Positions 49,563 to 62,279 of a DNA stretch of 64,000 bases are shown in pieces. The first letter of the stretch is position 1, and each line of letters opens with the position of its first letter. The stretch is from positions 900,086 through 964,085 of the forward strand of contig NW_003314325.1 in NCBI RefSeq assembly GCF_000143415.4, given 5' to 3'. The notes beneath the pieces were generated by a model, which saw nothing but the letters and a program-made list of their open reading frames with translations, had not been told where the DNA came from and did not search any database. The translations under genes and the position numbers were made by a program. The DNA comes from Selaginella moellendorffii (taxonomy: Eukaryota; Plantae; Lycopodiophyta).

Positions 49563-50391
49563 TCATCTCCTTCTATCATTGTCTCTTAATCGCCTGCCAT
49601 CATCATCAACACGGCTCTCCCTTCTCGGAGATCTCTTCCGAGACTCTAACCGAGGCCTTTCACCTCTCGACTCGTCGTGTCGATCGTGTTTCCACTTTGT
49701 CTCGTCGTCCGCTCCCCATCCAGTGTTCTTGTTCCTCTGAAGAAACAAGGAAGTTAAAGAGACAAATGTAAACATCTGAACGATTCAACTCACGTTTTCG
49801 TCGTGTGAGAACTTGCAGGAATCACCCCGGCTACAGCTTCCGCGCTGGAACTCGTAGCAAACACCGTTTTCTTCTCGTTTCCTCTGCCGCTCTTCCTCGT
49901 CTTCCTCTTCTTTCTTCCGATACTTTCTCACATGATCCACACGCAGCGTGCGTCCAGCGACTTGAGCTCCATTCAGATTATCTGTGCATCAAATCATCAA
50001 TCAGCCAGCAAGTTTCGGAAAAAATCCAGAGAGAGTTACTCACCCACGGCAAGTGTGGTGCTTCGTTGATCTTCGTACGCGAGAAATCCATAGCCCTTTG
50101 ATTTCCCGGTACCTTTGTCGCGAATTAAATTCACATCGACAACTTCGCCGTACCTATCCCCCCCAAAAAATCGATAAGAGCGAAGAAGCATAGAGATCTA
50201 AACGAAAGAATCACTTACTGTGCAAACACCGCAAGAATATCGCCCTCGTTGAGCTCGTAGGCTAGCCCGCCAAAGAAAATGTAGGCCGAATCCTTGTACT
50301 CGGCGTGCCAGGATGCAGACTCGGCGATCCCAGACGCACTCTCCCGCGCAGTGATCTTCTGGAGATTCTTCACCTGCGTCAAGGGATTCAT
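49563..50391 (-). CDS. RBMX2: RBMX2/Snu17(Ist3)-like RES-complex RRM protein with CCCH zinc finger (4 exons)
   Basis: MNPLTQVKNLQKI...SWHAEYKDSAYIFFGGL...[41 protein letters not shown]...RVDHV...CYEFQRGSCSRGDSCKFSH; mostly missed by the ORF track. Confidence 0.92.
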
Positions 50392-50671
50392 CCCTCAAGA
50401 ACCCTAATTTCAAGAACCCTAACTCAAAGGGCAAAAGGGTGGAGTGAATTGGGTTTATAAGAATATGCGAATCTTAGTTAAAGATTCGCCCTCCACTTTA
50501 GCTAACACGTGAGTGACGTACGGCGCGCTCGATCGTGGAGCTTTAAACAAAGGCTAGCTAGAACACGAAAAAAAAGAGACTAGAACGCGGCTAGCGCGAA
50601 GTCAAATAAATGAAAATGGAGGAGCCTCTCATAGTTTGTTCCTTGGATCTTCTCATCTTTCGTATAAGATC
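50392..50671. promoter_or_regulatory. Short divergent promoter region with telo-box-like AACCCTAA x2 and CACGTG/TGACG motifs
   Basis: 280 bp between two divergent ATGs; aaccctaa at ~50400 and ~50415; aacacgtgagtgacgta at ~50504. Confidence 0.5.
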
Positions 50672-50957
50672 ATGGCAGCGCAGCAGCGTTTACTTGCGAT
50701 CATTCTCATGGCGATCCTGGGGGGAATTTCGCTGCTAGCAAATTCCATCTCTGGAGCTGGAGCTCGTCCACTGGATCATCAAGGTCTGTGTGAACTTTTC
50801 ACAATGTTTTCCCTTGAAGATCTTCCATACTTTGTTCTTCCCAGACGATCACTATCGTTCTCTCGTCGAGGAAGACGGGGACTACGCACCGACGTCGAAC
50901 CAGAGAGACTTCCAGAAGAGCCACGGACCTGTGTCTTCCAAACATCCTGGAAACTAG
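50672..50957 (+). CDS. Small secreted DY-motif peptide precursor, family unassigned (74 aa, 2 exons)
   Basis: Exons 50672-50783, 50845-50957: MAAQQRLLAIILMAILGGISLLANSISGAGARPLDHQDDHYRSLVEEDGDYAPTSNQRDFQKSHGPVSSKHPGN*. Confidence 0.72.
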
Positions 50958-51033
50958 AGAGTAAGCTCTACACTTTGTCCATCCAGTACCTGTGAAAATC
51001 TATGTAGACTATTTCTTCTGTCCAGTAAGTGTT

Positions 51034-51965
51034 CTACAGTCCCAATTCCCTCTCAAAGTCGTCGTCCTCTTCAAAGAGTTTGATGAAGCGAGCCTGCTGT
51101 TCTTCGCGTTTCTTCTGCTGCCACTTCGTGTAGCCGACGATGCCGAGACCCGCGACCATGAGAAAGCTAAAGAGGGCCACCAGCGCTGTGATCGCTGCTC
51201 TTCCATGGCCGGAAGAGGGAGCTTGAGGCTCGTCATTGCTAGAACTTGAGTCTGGAGCGTCTAGCAACAAAACGAAAGGAAAGTCATACAAGGAAAGCAA
51301 GCAAAGAAGGAAGAACTCTCACCGAGCGACTGAAGAAACGTTGCATTGAATTCACCCTTTTTGAAGTGGAAGTACCGGCCACTCTTGTCGAAATCGTCTG
51401 GGCAGAGCTCCCACTCGTCGAAAACGCCGTCCTTGAGGAACTCGTTCTTCTCATACACTCCACACCGCTTGCATCTCACACCGACGAGCGATGTAAGTGG
51501 CTGGAAGTAAATAAAATAGACTTGGATGAGAACTCTAGAAAAGAAACGATCGAAGCAAGCAGAAAAAATATCGAGACTAAAACTTGGATGAGAACTTTCG
51601 AAAAGAAGCGATGATCATCGAAGCAAGCAAAAAAAATCGAGACTACACTATTTGGAACGAGCAATCTTACTTGCCAGGATTCATGGCCAGCAAATTTATA
51701 AATCCGGTCCTTCTCCTTCACATCGGGCAAATCCACCTTGTTCTCGTCCCTACACTTGAAATACAAACTCGGCTTGTGCCCCAGCCATTCGTGCGTCCGA
51801 AAAATCGCTAGCGATTCTAGAGTAACATTCTGCGCAGAGATTCCTAGACAAGAAAAATCAACAATCTCGCCTAGAAATCGCCAGAAACCATCGATCACAC
51901 GCACCTAGGCAGCAGCTGATGATCTCCAGCGCGCAGAGCGCGATCCAGCAGCGAAGAGCGCCCAT
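51034..51965 (-). CDS. Conserved plant type-I membrane protein of unknown function (Cys-containing ectodomain)
   Basis: Signal peptide; IFRTHEWL...LPDVK...ESWQPLT...CKRCGVYE...FDEWELCP...EFNATF; TM helix; WQQKKREEQQARFIKLFEEDDD. Confidence 0.82.
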
Positions 51966-52067
51966 TCTCCTCCCAAACCCTAATTTCCCCGATATATTCT
52001 TTTAATATTCTTTAAGATTCTATTTGAGCTGCCGCCTTGGCATTTGGCCAGCGTTTAGGGTTCCTCG

Positions 52068-53229
52068 ATGGAGCCATCGCCGACGATGCTGGATCCCGGC
52101 GTGGGAGTTCTATCCCCGGGCGTGGCGTCGGGCGCGGGGATCACATCCGGATTCCCGCAGTGCGTCGCGGCGACGAGCGCTGGCGCGGGATTCAAGCAGA
52201 ATGTCTTCATCCTCCGCCACGGCGAGCGCCGGGACGATGTCGACAAGGAGTGGCTCGCGAATGCGTCGCGTCCCTGGGATCCGCCGCTCACCGATGCGGG
52301 TAAGAAGCAGGCCTGGAATGCGGGGAAGAAGCTCCGGCTCGCGGGATTTGAGATCAACAGAGTTTTGATCTCCCCGTATCTTAGATGCGTCCAAACGGCC
52401 GCCGAGGCGATCATGGCGCTTTGCGTGAATCAGACCGATCTGGGGAACGATAGCAGCACTGGAGTTGTGATTGATCCCTCCAAGGTGAAGGTAAGCAAGC
52501 AAGAACTTTTCTCTTCTTCTCTCCCTTGTGCTTTTCGTCTCAAACTTTTCTCTTTTCTTGTCTTTCTGGGAGTGCTTGATCTCAAACTTTTGCTTTGTTT
52601 TCCATAGGCGTCGATCGAGTTTGGTCTCTCGGAGGTCATGAACAGCATTGCTATAAGATTTCCACGCTCCTCTCCGGATGTTCCTTGGATACTTGATCTT
52701 GGCGAACTCCAGTCACTGCTGCCCGCTGGAACTCTGGATGCAGTGGCACAGTCTATGTGGCCACAGGTACTGTTCTTTCGCTTTTCAAGGAGAAAAGAAG
52801 TGATTTTTTCGTCCTTTTAGCTGCCAGAATGGCCAGAGGAAACCGAGGCTTCTCATGTGAGATACGGGAAAACTTTCCGAGCGGCCGCTGATAGGTTCCC
52901 CGGAGAGAACATCCTGTGCGTTACACACGGTACTTTTCTATTCTTCTTGGCCCTGTCAACCGAGAAACGATAAGATCACGCGAAGAACTTTCCGTGTTTC
53001 TCATCATTGGTTTTGGTTTTGCTTGCTTCCAGGTGAAGGAGTCGCAGTTTCGGTGTCCCACTTGCAGCCAGTGCTGGTCTACGGCGTCGACTACTGCGCT
53101 TGCTCGCACTGGCAACGCACAGTCGGAGAGATCGATGGAAAACTGAGCGCTGGCGAGTTCGAGCTTCGCACGGAGCCACTCGAGTCGGGTGTTTTGTTCG
53201 GGGACGTTTTCAAAGAAGTCCCCACGTAG
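52068..53229 (+). CDS. Histidine phosphatase / phosphoglycerate mutase-like family protein (4 exons)
   Basis: LRHGERRD, WDPPLT, SPYLRCVQTA, IEFGLSEV, LCVTHGEGV. Confidence 0.88.
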
Positions 53230-53489
53230 AAGAACTTGTATGATATTGGAACGGAGCGACGATTCCAAAGAATAATCTCGTGAACTTAAATTCTTGGCAT
53301 ATTACAAAGAATAATCTCGTGTTCTTGAAAGAACCAAGTTTCCGGGAAGTAAAGTTTACTCTCTTTTAGTGGAAAGTTACGTTATAATCTATCAACGTAA
53401 CAGCCACGGCAGCGTGAGAGCGTCCGTCCACGACGTGAATCGTGGAATATCGAAGAGTTATTTTCAGCATTCGAGGAAGAGAGACGACT

Positions 53490-54980
53490 ATGGTGAAGAA
53501 GCGATGGGTCGGGAACTCGGTGATGATCCTTCTCCTGGCACTCTTCTTCTTCCGAGAGATTATCGTGGACACTTTCTTCCCTCTTGGCACCTGGACGAGG
53601 ACGAGTTCTTCCACAGACCATTCACTCCTGATCCAAAGGTCTGCTGCTCTTCCCGTAGCTCCAGTCCCGCTGAGACAAGCCTTCGCAGGAAGAACTCTCA
53701 ACGTCTCCGACCGTGTTCTAGAGCTAGCTCCTCCGGGGATTAGAACAGAGTTCGAGGAGAACAGGAACGTCGACGGCTATGGACTCACAGTCGTGAGAAA
53801 CGCTTGCTTTCTTCCTGGAGGAGAGATCGTGTTAGTAAACATCACAGACGAGTACCTCAACCAGACGCTCTCGGCATCGCCCAAGCTCCAGGAACTCTGG
53901 AGCGCCGGCTACAACTCCACTTGCGGGTGGTGCCAGAAGACCGGTTCGCAGCTCTCGCCGGAGGCTCCAGAGGGCGCTCGGTGGATCCCCGGGAACACCA
54001 CTCACATCCTTCCATACTTGGGGAACGTCTTCCACAACTTTGCCGAGCGGATCTGGCCACACCTGGCGTCGCACCACCCCCCGCTCAACCAGACGGCCAT
54101 GCAGCCGATCAATCACTTCCTGATCCACAAGTTCACCACCTGGATCGAGCAGGCCGACGCCGGAAACCACGAGCGCGAGAACTTCATGCTCCAGTTCCGG
54201 GTACTGGCCGAGCTCTCCCCCGGCTCGGACTTCGTCGTCATGGACTCGACCGGCCAGAACCACCCCGTTTGCTTCGAGCGGATCACACTGTCTTGCTCCT
54301 CCTGCGACCGGATGTCCACCACCCTCGGCCACCAAGTCTTCTCGGCCTCCATCACCTCGTACCGCGAGGCCGCCTTTAAGTTCTTCGGCGTCCCGGAGCC
54401 AGCGGTCTCGGCTCCACCCCGGCCACTCCGAGTAGCGTTCTACGGCCGCAGTGACACGAGAAGACGTCGAGTAGCAAACGCTGGCGAGGTGATGGAACAC
54501 CTCCGAGCTTGGGACAGTCCACCGCTTGATATCCTCTTCCTGGACGAGCTTCTTTCGGACAAGCGTTACAACCAGACCATGCCGGAGACGGTGGCGCTCT
54601 TCTCACACACCGACGTGCTCGTCACTGTTCATGGAGCGAATACTTGGGCGACTATGTTCATGCCACGCCGTGCTGCTGTGATCGAGATATACGGCCCCTG
54701 CGGCCCCGGGACTTGGATCGACAACGTCGCGAGAGCTCTCGATCTTAAGCACGACACGACGTCGAATCCATGGCGAGACAAGGTGGCCTCTCCTCTGGCT
54801 GGAAACACCACCCAGTGTGAGGGAGCTATACAAACTCCAGACTTCACCTTGGATACGATCAAGCTGGACGAGGCCATCGCAAAGTTGGCGCTGCCTACGG
54901 GGCCCTTGGATCGGATTCCACTGCACTGGTTATACGACTGGAAGAAACGAGCGTACGCTACTCACTTGGTGGAGGGGTGA
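53490..54980 (+). CDS. Glycosyltransferase family 61-like type-II membrane protein (intronless)
   Basis: N-terminal TM; NVFHNF; CFERI; R...RRVAN; DVLVTVHGANTWATMFM...VIEI matches the GT61 HGA-x-x-x-x-x-F-x..VIE pattern. Confidence 0.78.
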   Translation: MVKKRWVGNSVMILLLALFFFREIIVDTFFPLGTWTRTSSSTDHSLLIQRSAALPVAPVPLRQAFAGRTLNVSDRVLELAPPGIRTEFEENRNVDGYGLTVVRNACFLPGGEIVLVNITDEYLNQTLSASPKLQELWSAGYNSTCGWCQKTGSQLSPEAPEGARWIPGNTTHILPYLGNVFHNFAERIWPHLASHHPPLNQTAMQPINHFLIHKFTTWIEQADAGNHERENFMLQFRVLAELSPGSDFVVMDSTGQNHPVCFERITLSCSSCDRMSTTLGHQVFSASITSYREAAFKFFGVPEPAVSAPPRPLRVAFYGRSDTRRRRVANAGEVMEHLRAWDSPPLDILFLDELLSDKRYNQTMPETVALFSHTDVLVTVHGANTWATMFMPRRAAVIEIYGPCGPGTWIDNVARALDLKHDTTSNPWRDKVASPLAGNTTQCEGAIQTPDFTLDTIKLDEAIAKLALPTGPLDRIPLHWLYDWKKRAYATHLVEG

Positions 54981-55288
54981 CTAATCAAAGACGAGTTCTT
55001 TCGTGGTTTTCCTGAAAACAGCCATTCTTTCAATAAAGTTAACATCCAGATCTCAGGAAACGTTACCCATCGAAGTAGCTCTAGGAAGAACACTCAAAAA
55101 GAAAAGTGTGAGAGAGCATGAAAAAAACCAGAGTGTTCACAGGCACCACACGCTGTCACCAACAAAAAAAGAGCAAAAACACCGTCACCTCTTTACTGGA
55201 AGAAAAGGAAAACATGCCTGGACTTTTCGAAAGAAATTCTTTTTTTCTTTCTTTGATCAGCTGTTAACGCAGCGGTAGAGACCACTGC

Positions 55289-57001
55289 TCAACACGAGTA
55301 AAGCACCGGTTGCGAAGTGTCAGTGCTTCGGGGGAGCGATAGATGCCGCCCGACGAGAAATGGCTCGTGCATGACGATATATGCTGCGTTGAGGCTGCAC
55401 GGAACGCAAAGTTAGAGAACACTCAAAGTTCATGGATATGGCTTCTCTACTCACGTATCAATGTCGGGTGGCGTCAAGGGATCGAAAACCTCGTTGTTAG
55501 GATCATACATTGCATACGGATCGCCCTGGCAGTGGCAGAGAAAAACTTAAATCAAGCAAGAACAATGTTTTTCGCATTTACCGGTTGCATATAGCCTCCG
55601 TATCCTTGGTAGCCTTGATATCCAGCATAACTATACGTAGAGTCTTGGCCTTGTGTGTATCCATAGCCATCGTATCCATATCCATAATAGCCCTGAGATG
55701 GATCACCACCCCATCCAGCGGGATACTGTCAGAGAAAAATTCTTTAGAAGTAAAAACACCGAAGAAGAAAAAGAAAAACATCTGAGAAACCTGTTTATTT
55801 GCGGTTCTCCCCCACGACAATCTGATAGCTTGCTGCCTGATCATGGTACCATGAAGTTTTCCTAATGCTTCCTCGGCGCACGATCTGACAAACGAGTACA
55901 CGATTTTCTCTCAATACAAAGCTTGCAAGTGTCGGCAGTGCTACCTGTGAGTAAACTGGACAAATCCACAGCCTTTCCCCGGAGGTATCTTGACATAAAC
56001 AAGCTCGCCAAACTCACCAAAAGTTTTCTGGAGCTCCTCCTCGGACACTGCAGGGTCCAGACCCCCAACAAATATCTACCAGAAATAAAAGAGAGGAAGC
56101 ATTAGAAAAGTGCAAGAGAGAAAAATTCTGCTGGACTCACGGTTGTGTTGTTCGGATCATTGTCGTTTGGCACATTCTGTAGAGGTGAAGTTGCAAAAGT
56201 GGTCACTGAAAAGAGAGAGACGAAGAAAAAAGCTGTGAGCTACGTTGATAGAAAACGAAGAAACTCTCACCTTTTTGTGGAGCTGGCGCGCTCGGGATCA
56301 AAGCCTTCTTCGGAGTAGCGGCATTAATCCGCATGGGACGGCTGGAGCAGTAGATCCCATTCATCTCGGACATGGCCCGGACCCTCTCCGAGTCGTCGGC
56401 AAAGCGGACGAATCCATAGCCTTTGGAGCGCCCTGTGGCGACATCAGTGACGACTTTAGCACCTCTAACAGACGGGTACCGCGTTCTAAACGTCTCCTGG
56501 AGCATATAGTCGGTCACGTCGGGTGCCAGGTCGCCGACGAAGATGGAGTTCTCGGGGCCTCCCTCGGGGCGGCGCTCGCCAATCCCAAAGTAGGCCCAGT
56601 TGAGGCGGAAGAGCTGCTCGGTCTGCGGCATCTGGGTGCCCGTGAACGCCGTCAGCACCCTCTCGGCGCATGCATGCGACGCAAACTCCACGAATCCATA
56701 CCCCTCGGGGAAGCCCGACGCCTTGTTCCTGATGATCTTGGCGCTCACCAGCTGCTAGAGCAAGAATGCCGAGCGACGCGGTGCCACAAGCGCCAAGAAG
56801 AGCGAAGGATTTAGCAAAGGAAAGAAAGGGAAAACGAAAGAAAGAAGGCGATCGATGCATTCTTACCTCGCCAGTGCTGCTGAAGATGGAATTGAGGTAG
56901 CTCTCATCCATCCAGTACTGGAGATCGCCTACCCACAGCGTCTTCATGTCGATCGGCGGCTGCTGGCTCCATTGCTGCGCGCTCGCGTCGGGCGAATGCA
57001 T
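55289..57001 (-). CDS. RBP45/RBP47-like polyadenylate-binding protein (3 RRMs)
   Basis: KTLWVGDLQYWMDE, KIIRNKASGFPEGYGFVEF, IFVGDLAPDV, RSKGYGFVRF, DPNNTT, IRLSWGR. Confidence 0.9.
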
Positions 57002-58969
57002 CTCACTGACTGACCTAAAAGCACCCCTTGACCTAAAACGTTCAAACCAAACGAGAAATAGGGAAACGGAAATGAAAAATGCACTATCTTTTTACATAGA
57101 GATGAGAAATAACTTATTGAAAATAGATATTTAGTAAAGAAAAATAAATAAATAAATATTAATTTACTTAATTAATCTATTAATTAATATAATATATAAA
57201 CCATTTATTTAGGACTGTCTTGTTTAAGCAAGAGTCTAAACCCTAATTAATATATCTATTAATCACTCACATTGGTGAAAGGAAGGGATAATAGAACAAA
57301 GTTTTTTTAGCATGTTTTCCTTGATGTTCAAGATTATGCCTTTGTTTTTATTCTTTTGTTCTAGATTTATGTTAGCTTTTCACTAGATCTAGGATTGCAG
57401 CTATTAAATCTATTATTCCTTTTCAATCTTTATTATATTTTCTTCTTATGTCATACCATGTCATCATTAATCAAGAAATATATCACTTAAGGCTATTAAT
57501 GGTACTCCATTAGATCAAAGTTTTGATATTGTGAGGTGTGATTATATTAGTATTTTAGCCAACCTTGGTATGTTGCTATTATCATTTTCCATGGGATGTG
57601 ATTATATACCATTTTTTATTCTTGGTGTTTTATTGTTTTTTATTGATGTTGAGCATGATCATGAGTCTTAATAGTACTCAACTGAGGAAATGCACTCAAT
57701 TTAAAACTCTAGTAAAAGTGACTTAACTTTTTGAATTGGGAATATTCAACACTAAAATTGATCAAAGACTCCAATAAAACAAAAGAAATATTATTTGCTT
57801 TATATATATGTTTAGCATTTAAATTAGTATAAAGAAAACGCAAAATACTCAACTTAACAGCAGACTATGAATGAAAATTATAAAAGTCATAAATACTCAA
57901 CATGCTAGGAAAAGAAAATGATATAGAAGAGGAAGAAAAAAAAAACACATGAGAAAAAAAAAGGTTAGAAAACACATTAATTGCAAAGTTATGAATGGAA
58001 AATGTTTAAGATTGAGCTTATGGGAAAATAATGTATATGAACTCAAGTGGATTGTTGACATTAACAAATTGCTTCAGAGCTATAATGATAAATTGAAGAT
58101 TTCATGGAATAAGTGTCAATCTTTAAATTTGCTATATGATTCTTTATTTTTATCTTTTGCATTTTTATTTTACTATTACTATTAAGGAGTTCTTTCATTC
58201 ACTTGAGAATGTGGAGATTTCCTTTAATTTTCTTATCTCAAATGTTGAGTTTAATATTTAGAATGTTGAGCGTGTAAATACTTATCTATATTTAACTGTT
58301 GTATTTTATAATCTCCTATTATCCAATTTTTTTGCTTGGATAGAGTTTCTTATAATAAAAGGTCCCTTATTAAACTTTAAAAACTTATGTGAAATAGATT
58401 TTTTTTAGCTAAAAAAAAACCAAAATAATCATTATATGCCTCTATTATTTACTATGTTTTTCAAGAATTTTTCAGCTTCTTTCATATCTTAAAACAGCTT
58501 CACATCCAAAAAAACACATAAAAAAAACTCTTAACTCTATAAACTTAATAAAAAAAATTTAATTGTGTTTTACAACCAACTCCTTTATATATTGCAACTT
58601 AGTATAACAAGTGTTAAAATGCTTCATATTTCATTATGCAACTATCTATTCAGGTGTGCCTAAAAAATATATAAAATTCCCATTTAGAAATGTTTATATT
58701 AGAACTTTACAAAAGAAAATAAAACCTTTTTTTCTCTTAATTAAAAGTTAGTGTGGATAGCATATATTTTTGGAAGTATTTTAAAACTTGCTATATTAAA
58801 ATTTTAAATGCTTTCTTAGGTTTTGTGTCACATTCTTTGATATTCTTTAAAAAAATTTAAAAGGTTTTAATTCCAATTTTGGTAATCTTTAAGGCTATAT
58901 TAGTTGCAAAAGTGTTTAATTGAGTACAGAATATGTTTGTATTACCCTTTAAAACACTCTAAGTATTTT

Positions 58970-59780
58970 ATGTGTGTATTTTGATGATTTAAAGCCATAG
59001 TTAGTTGCCAGTAAAACACATAATAAACCCTATTAATCACCATTTTCTTAATAACATTTAGTGTTTTATGAGCTTTATTTGTAGGAAAATGTAAAATCAT
59101 TTCATTTCCTACTTCTAGCATTTTCTAATTGAATGTTCCTTTAAACTTGAATTATTTTTGATTTTGAAGCCCAAAATTCAATTAAATTTGAGAGCATAAA
59201 GCAAAAAATTACACATCCAAATAAGACACACTTTTTCTGCTAGTCAGTCTGCTATATTAATTCTAAAGTGTTTAATCTAGCACACAAAATACATATGAGG
59301 ATGAAGAGACTGTTGATGATGTCATTTTAAAACAAGAGCCAAATTAAGAGTTCAAAATGACATAATGAGGTGAATAGACTTAATGTATAGCTTGACTTGG
59401 ATATAGAACTTGTAAGAACACACATAGCAAAAAAAACCAATCTATCTACAAACATCTATATTCCATTGCATTAACTTCCAAATCAGTTTAAGAATTTTAT
59501 ATGTGTATTTTCATTGGACTTGAGATTTAAAGCCAACCACATAATTAACTTTATTAATCACAATTTCTTTAATGACATTTAATATTTCATAAGTTTATTC
59601 GTAAAAAAATGCAAAATCATCTCATTTCCCCTTTAACCTTTTTTCTACTTGAATATTCCTTTAAAAACATAAATTATTTTTGTTTTCAAAGCTCAAGATT
59701 CAATTAGATCTGGGAGCATAAATAAATCATTTCACATCCAAATAAAACACACTTTTTCTACTAACTAGTCTGTATTTTAC
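58970..59780. repeat. Two diverged direct copies of a ~270-bp AT-rich unit (~58970-59250 and ~59500-59775)
   Basis: Shared blocks tattaatcac...aaaatcat...gagcataaa...cacatccaaataa...cactttttct. Confidence 0.7.
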
Positions 59781-60194
59781 ATATTATTTTTGTCCATTAC
59801 ATTAATGAGATATTAGACAGATTAAGCAACAACAATATTTGCATCATCTTGCATTTAAACTATTAAATAGGTCTATATAAAATTTGTAAATAGGTACAAA
59901 TGATATATGAGGTTTTTCCATGATTGAAAATGCATCATATATTAACACTAAATAAAAAAGAAATGCCCAACTAAATAAATATACTCATTATTTGAGAGTT
60001 TAGGGCAAACACAAATATAAAGGATTTTTGCTAGAGGCTTAAATGGAAGATTTGAATAATAAAAAATTTAAAAGAAAAAAGTACAACATATTCACAAAGC
60101 TTCAAAATGATCCAATAGTGAATATTGAAGATCTATAGCTTAAAAGTTTTGATGAATTTCAAATTTTATATATCATTTACAAAAAATAAAAAGG

Positions 60195-60630
60195 GAAGGA
60201 AACAACATTTAGAGAAGCTCGTTAAGAAAGAATGAAACACTATTAGAATAATAAAGTAACACTTTAAAGGAAACATTTGGAAACAATTCGATTAACATTT
60301 GGAAAATAGAGGTAATATTTGGAAAGAAAAGTAACACATTTGGAAAAAATGTAAACAACTCTTGGATGAAGGGAATATTTAGAGAGGATGTAACAGAAGT
60401 AACACTTGATAAATATGCAATAATACTTGGATGGAGTTAACATTTGGTGAAGATATAACATTTGGTGGCAATATAAGGATAGAGATAATACTAGGATGCA
60501 ACATATCTGAAACAAAAATTTAAAGTAACATTTGGTGGTAACACTTGAAATAATACTAAAATGCAACACTTGAAGCAAAACTTGGAGGCAATATTAGAAT
60601 GTAACACTTGAAAGAAGCAATACTTAAAGT
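60195..60630. repeat. Degenerate short-period tandem repeat (gtaacatttggaaa-like)
   Basis: About 20 recurrences of taaca(c/t)ttg / taata(c/t)tt variants. Confidence 0.65.
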
Positions 60631-61396
60631 AATAGATAGAGGTGAATTAGTGTTGCATGTGTAGGGGATTTATATGTTTCCTCTTTCATACTAGATTTGG
60701 AAGAGGTTTGTGATATTTCTCTAGTCCCTATAATAAAACATTATCAACTTTAAAATAATAAGGTTATGGCAAAATTAATAATTTCACAACTCTCAACACA
60801 TTATATAAATAAAAATGTTCTAAAGGACATTTCTTGTTCTAACAATTTAAATATTTACTACATGCCATAATAGGGATGTTTGTTAGAACATAAAATAAGA
60901 TGTTTGCAAAAAAAGTATCCTTATCACTTTTTTAAATTTGTACTCTGTGATTTCTAGCTAGTAAATGTTAGGTTTATTAGAATTTTAAAATTATTAAATT
61001 TGAAATAAGATTCTATGTAAAGCCAAATAACCAAATAACTATTGATATAAATTTTTTGTATATAAACTAGAGACTTGCTTCTTTTTTAGAATATATTCTT
61101 GAGGGGTCAGACAGTATTTGGCACGATTTTGATATATTAGTGGCCTAATATGAGGAGGAGGGTACCCCACCAACTAAAGCAGCATAGAGTTTGGGTTTAA
61201 ACCCAAATCGGACACAGGACAAAGAGTGATATAACCCTTGTTTTGCATTGCTTACATAGTTAAATATACATTCTAACCACTATCTCTATACATTTGGAAC
61301 CTACCCACACACATACACACACTTTGGGAGCCACTCTTGATATTAGGAGTTAGTTTCTGGGACAAGTGAGAAAACTTACTAAATTTAGAATAATGC

Positions 61397-61971
61397 TGTA
61401 AGCTCCTAAGTTTGGACTTCCCAGGAGGTCATCCAACCCAGTACTATTCAAACCCAAGGACACTTAACCCCATGTATCCCAAGACCCTTAACCAATTGGA
61501 AAAGGGAGTGCACTCTTGTTCATGGGCCCTTTCCTTCTATATTTGAACCCTTATGGATTGTCTCTTGAGTTGTTCTCTTTGATTGCTTACAATCAACCAT
61601 GCTTCTTTGCAAGTTCACACCTTCGTGAATGAAAGCTGAGAGCCGTAGCTCTCCTGAGAGCCCCGCTCTCTTGACACCCTACCCCTCGGGTCGAGCCCAA
61701 CAGGAGCAAACTGGACCAGCCAAATGTCAATTAACATGTGGTGTGATTCTTCTAGCCAACCAACAAAGTCGGACCCGAGACCTCTCTGATACTAAATGTA
61801 AGCTCAAGTTTGGACTTCCCGGGAGGTCACCCAACCCAATACTATTCAAACACAATGATGCTTAACCCTATGTATCCTAAGACCCTTAACCAATTGGAAA
61901 AGAGGGTGCACTCTTGTTCATGGGCCCTTTCCCTTTATCGTCTCTTGAGTCGTTCCCTTTGGTTGCTTACA
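61397..61971 (-). mobile_element. Complete Cassandra-type TRIM (two 5S-containing LTRs, 205-bp non-coding internal domain)
   Basis: LTRs 61397-61591 and 61797-61971 with TGTAA/TTACA ends; PBS-like TAGTATCAGAG (cf. iMet PBS TGGTATCAGAG) next to the 5' LTR on the minus strand; TSD AATGC/AGTGC. Confidence 0.9.
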
Positions 61972-62279
61972 AGTGCTAGATCATGAGTTTGAAAACAAGA
62001 ACAACATCATAAGGTTTAAGACACTCTCTACATTCTATAGATATGTTTTTTGAGTAGATCTAAACACTTACCATAAATAGTAGTTGAATCTAAAATGGAA
62101 CTAACACATAAGGCATAATAGTGAAAGTGTTTGGCAGACATGGTAAGTTATCATGTAGCAATATTAAGGGACTAAACTTAATATGCTAGGATTCTTGCGA
62201 AACTAGTGCAAGACAGAGCAAAAGAAAATTAAAAGCTAAGTTGAAAATGCTTAGCAAGAAACACATAGAAGTTCCTACT

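Noticed and set aside
60195-60630. CRISPR-like array or coding repeat
   Set aside because: Eukaryotic context; degenerate repeats without unique spacers; no sustained ORF
61190-61207. 18-bp perfect palindrome tttgggtttaaacccaaa
   Set aside because: Isolated and low complexity; no associated TIR/TSD structure found
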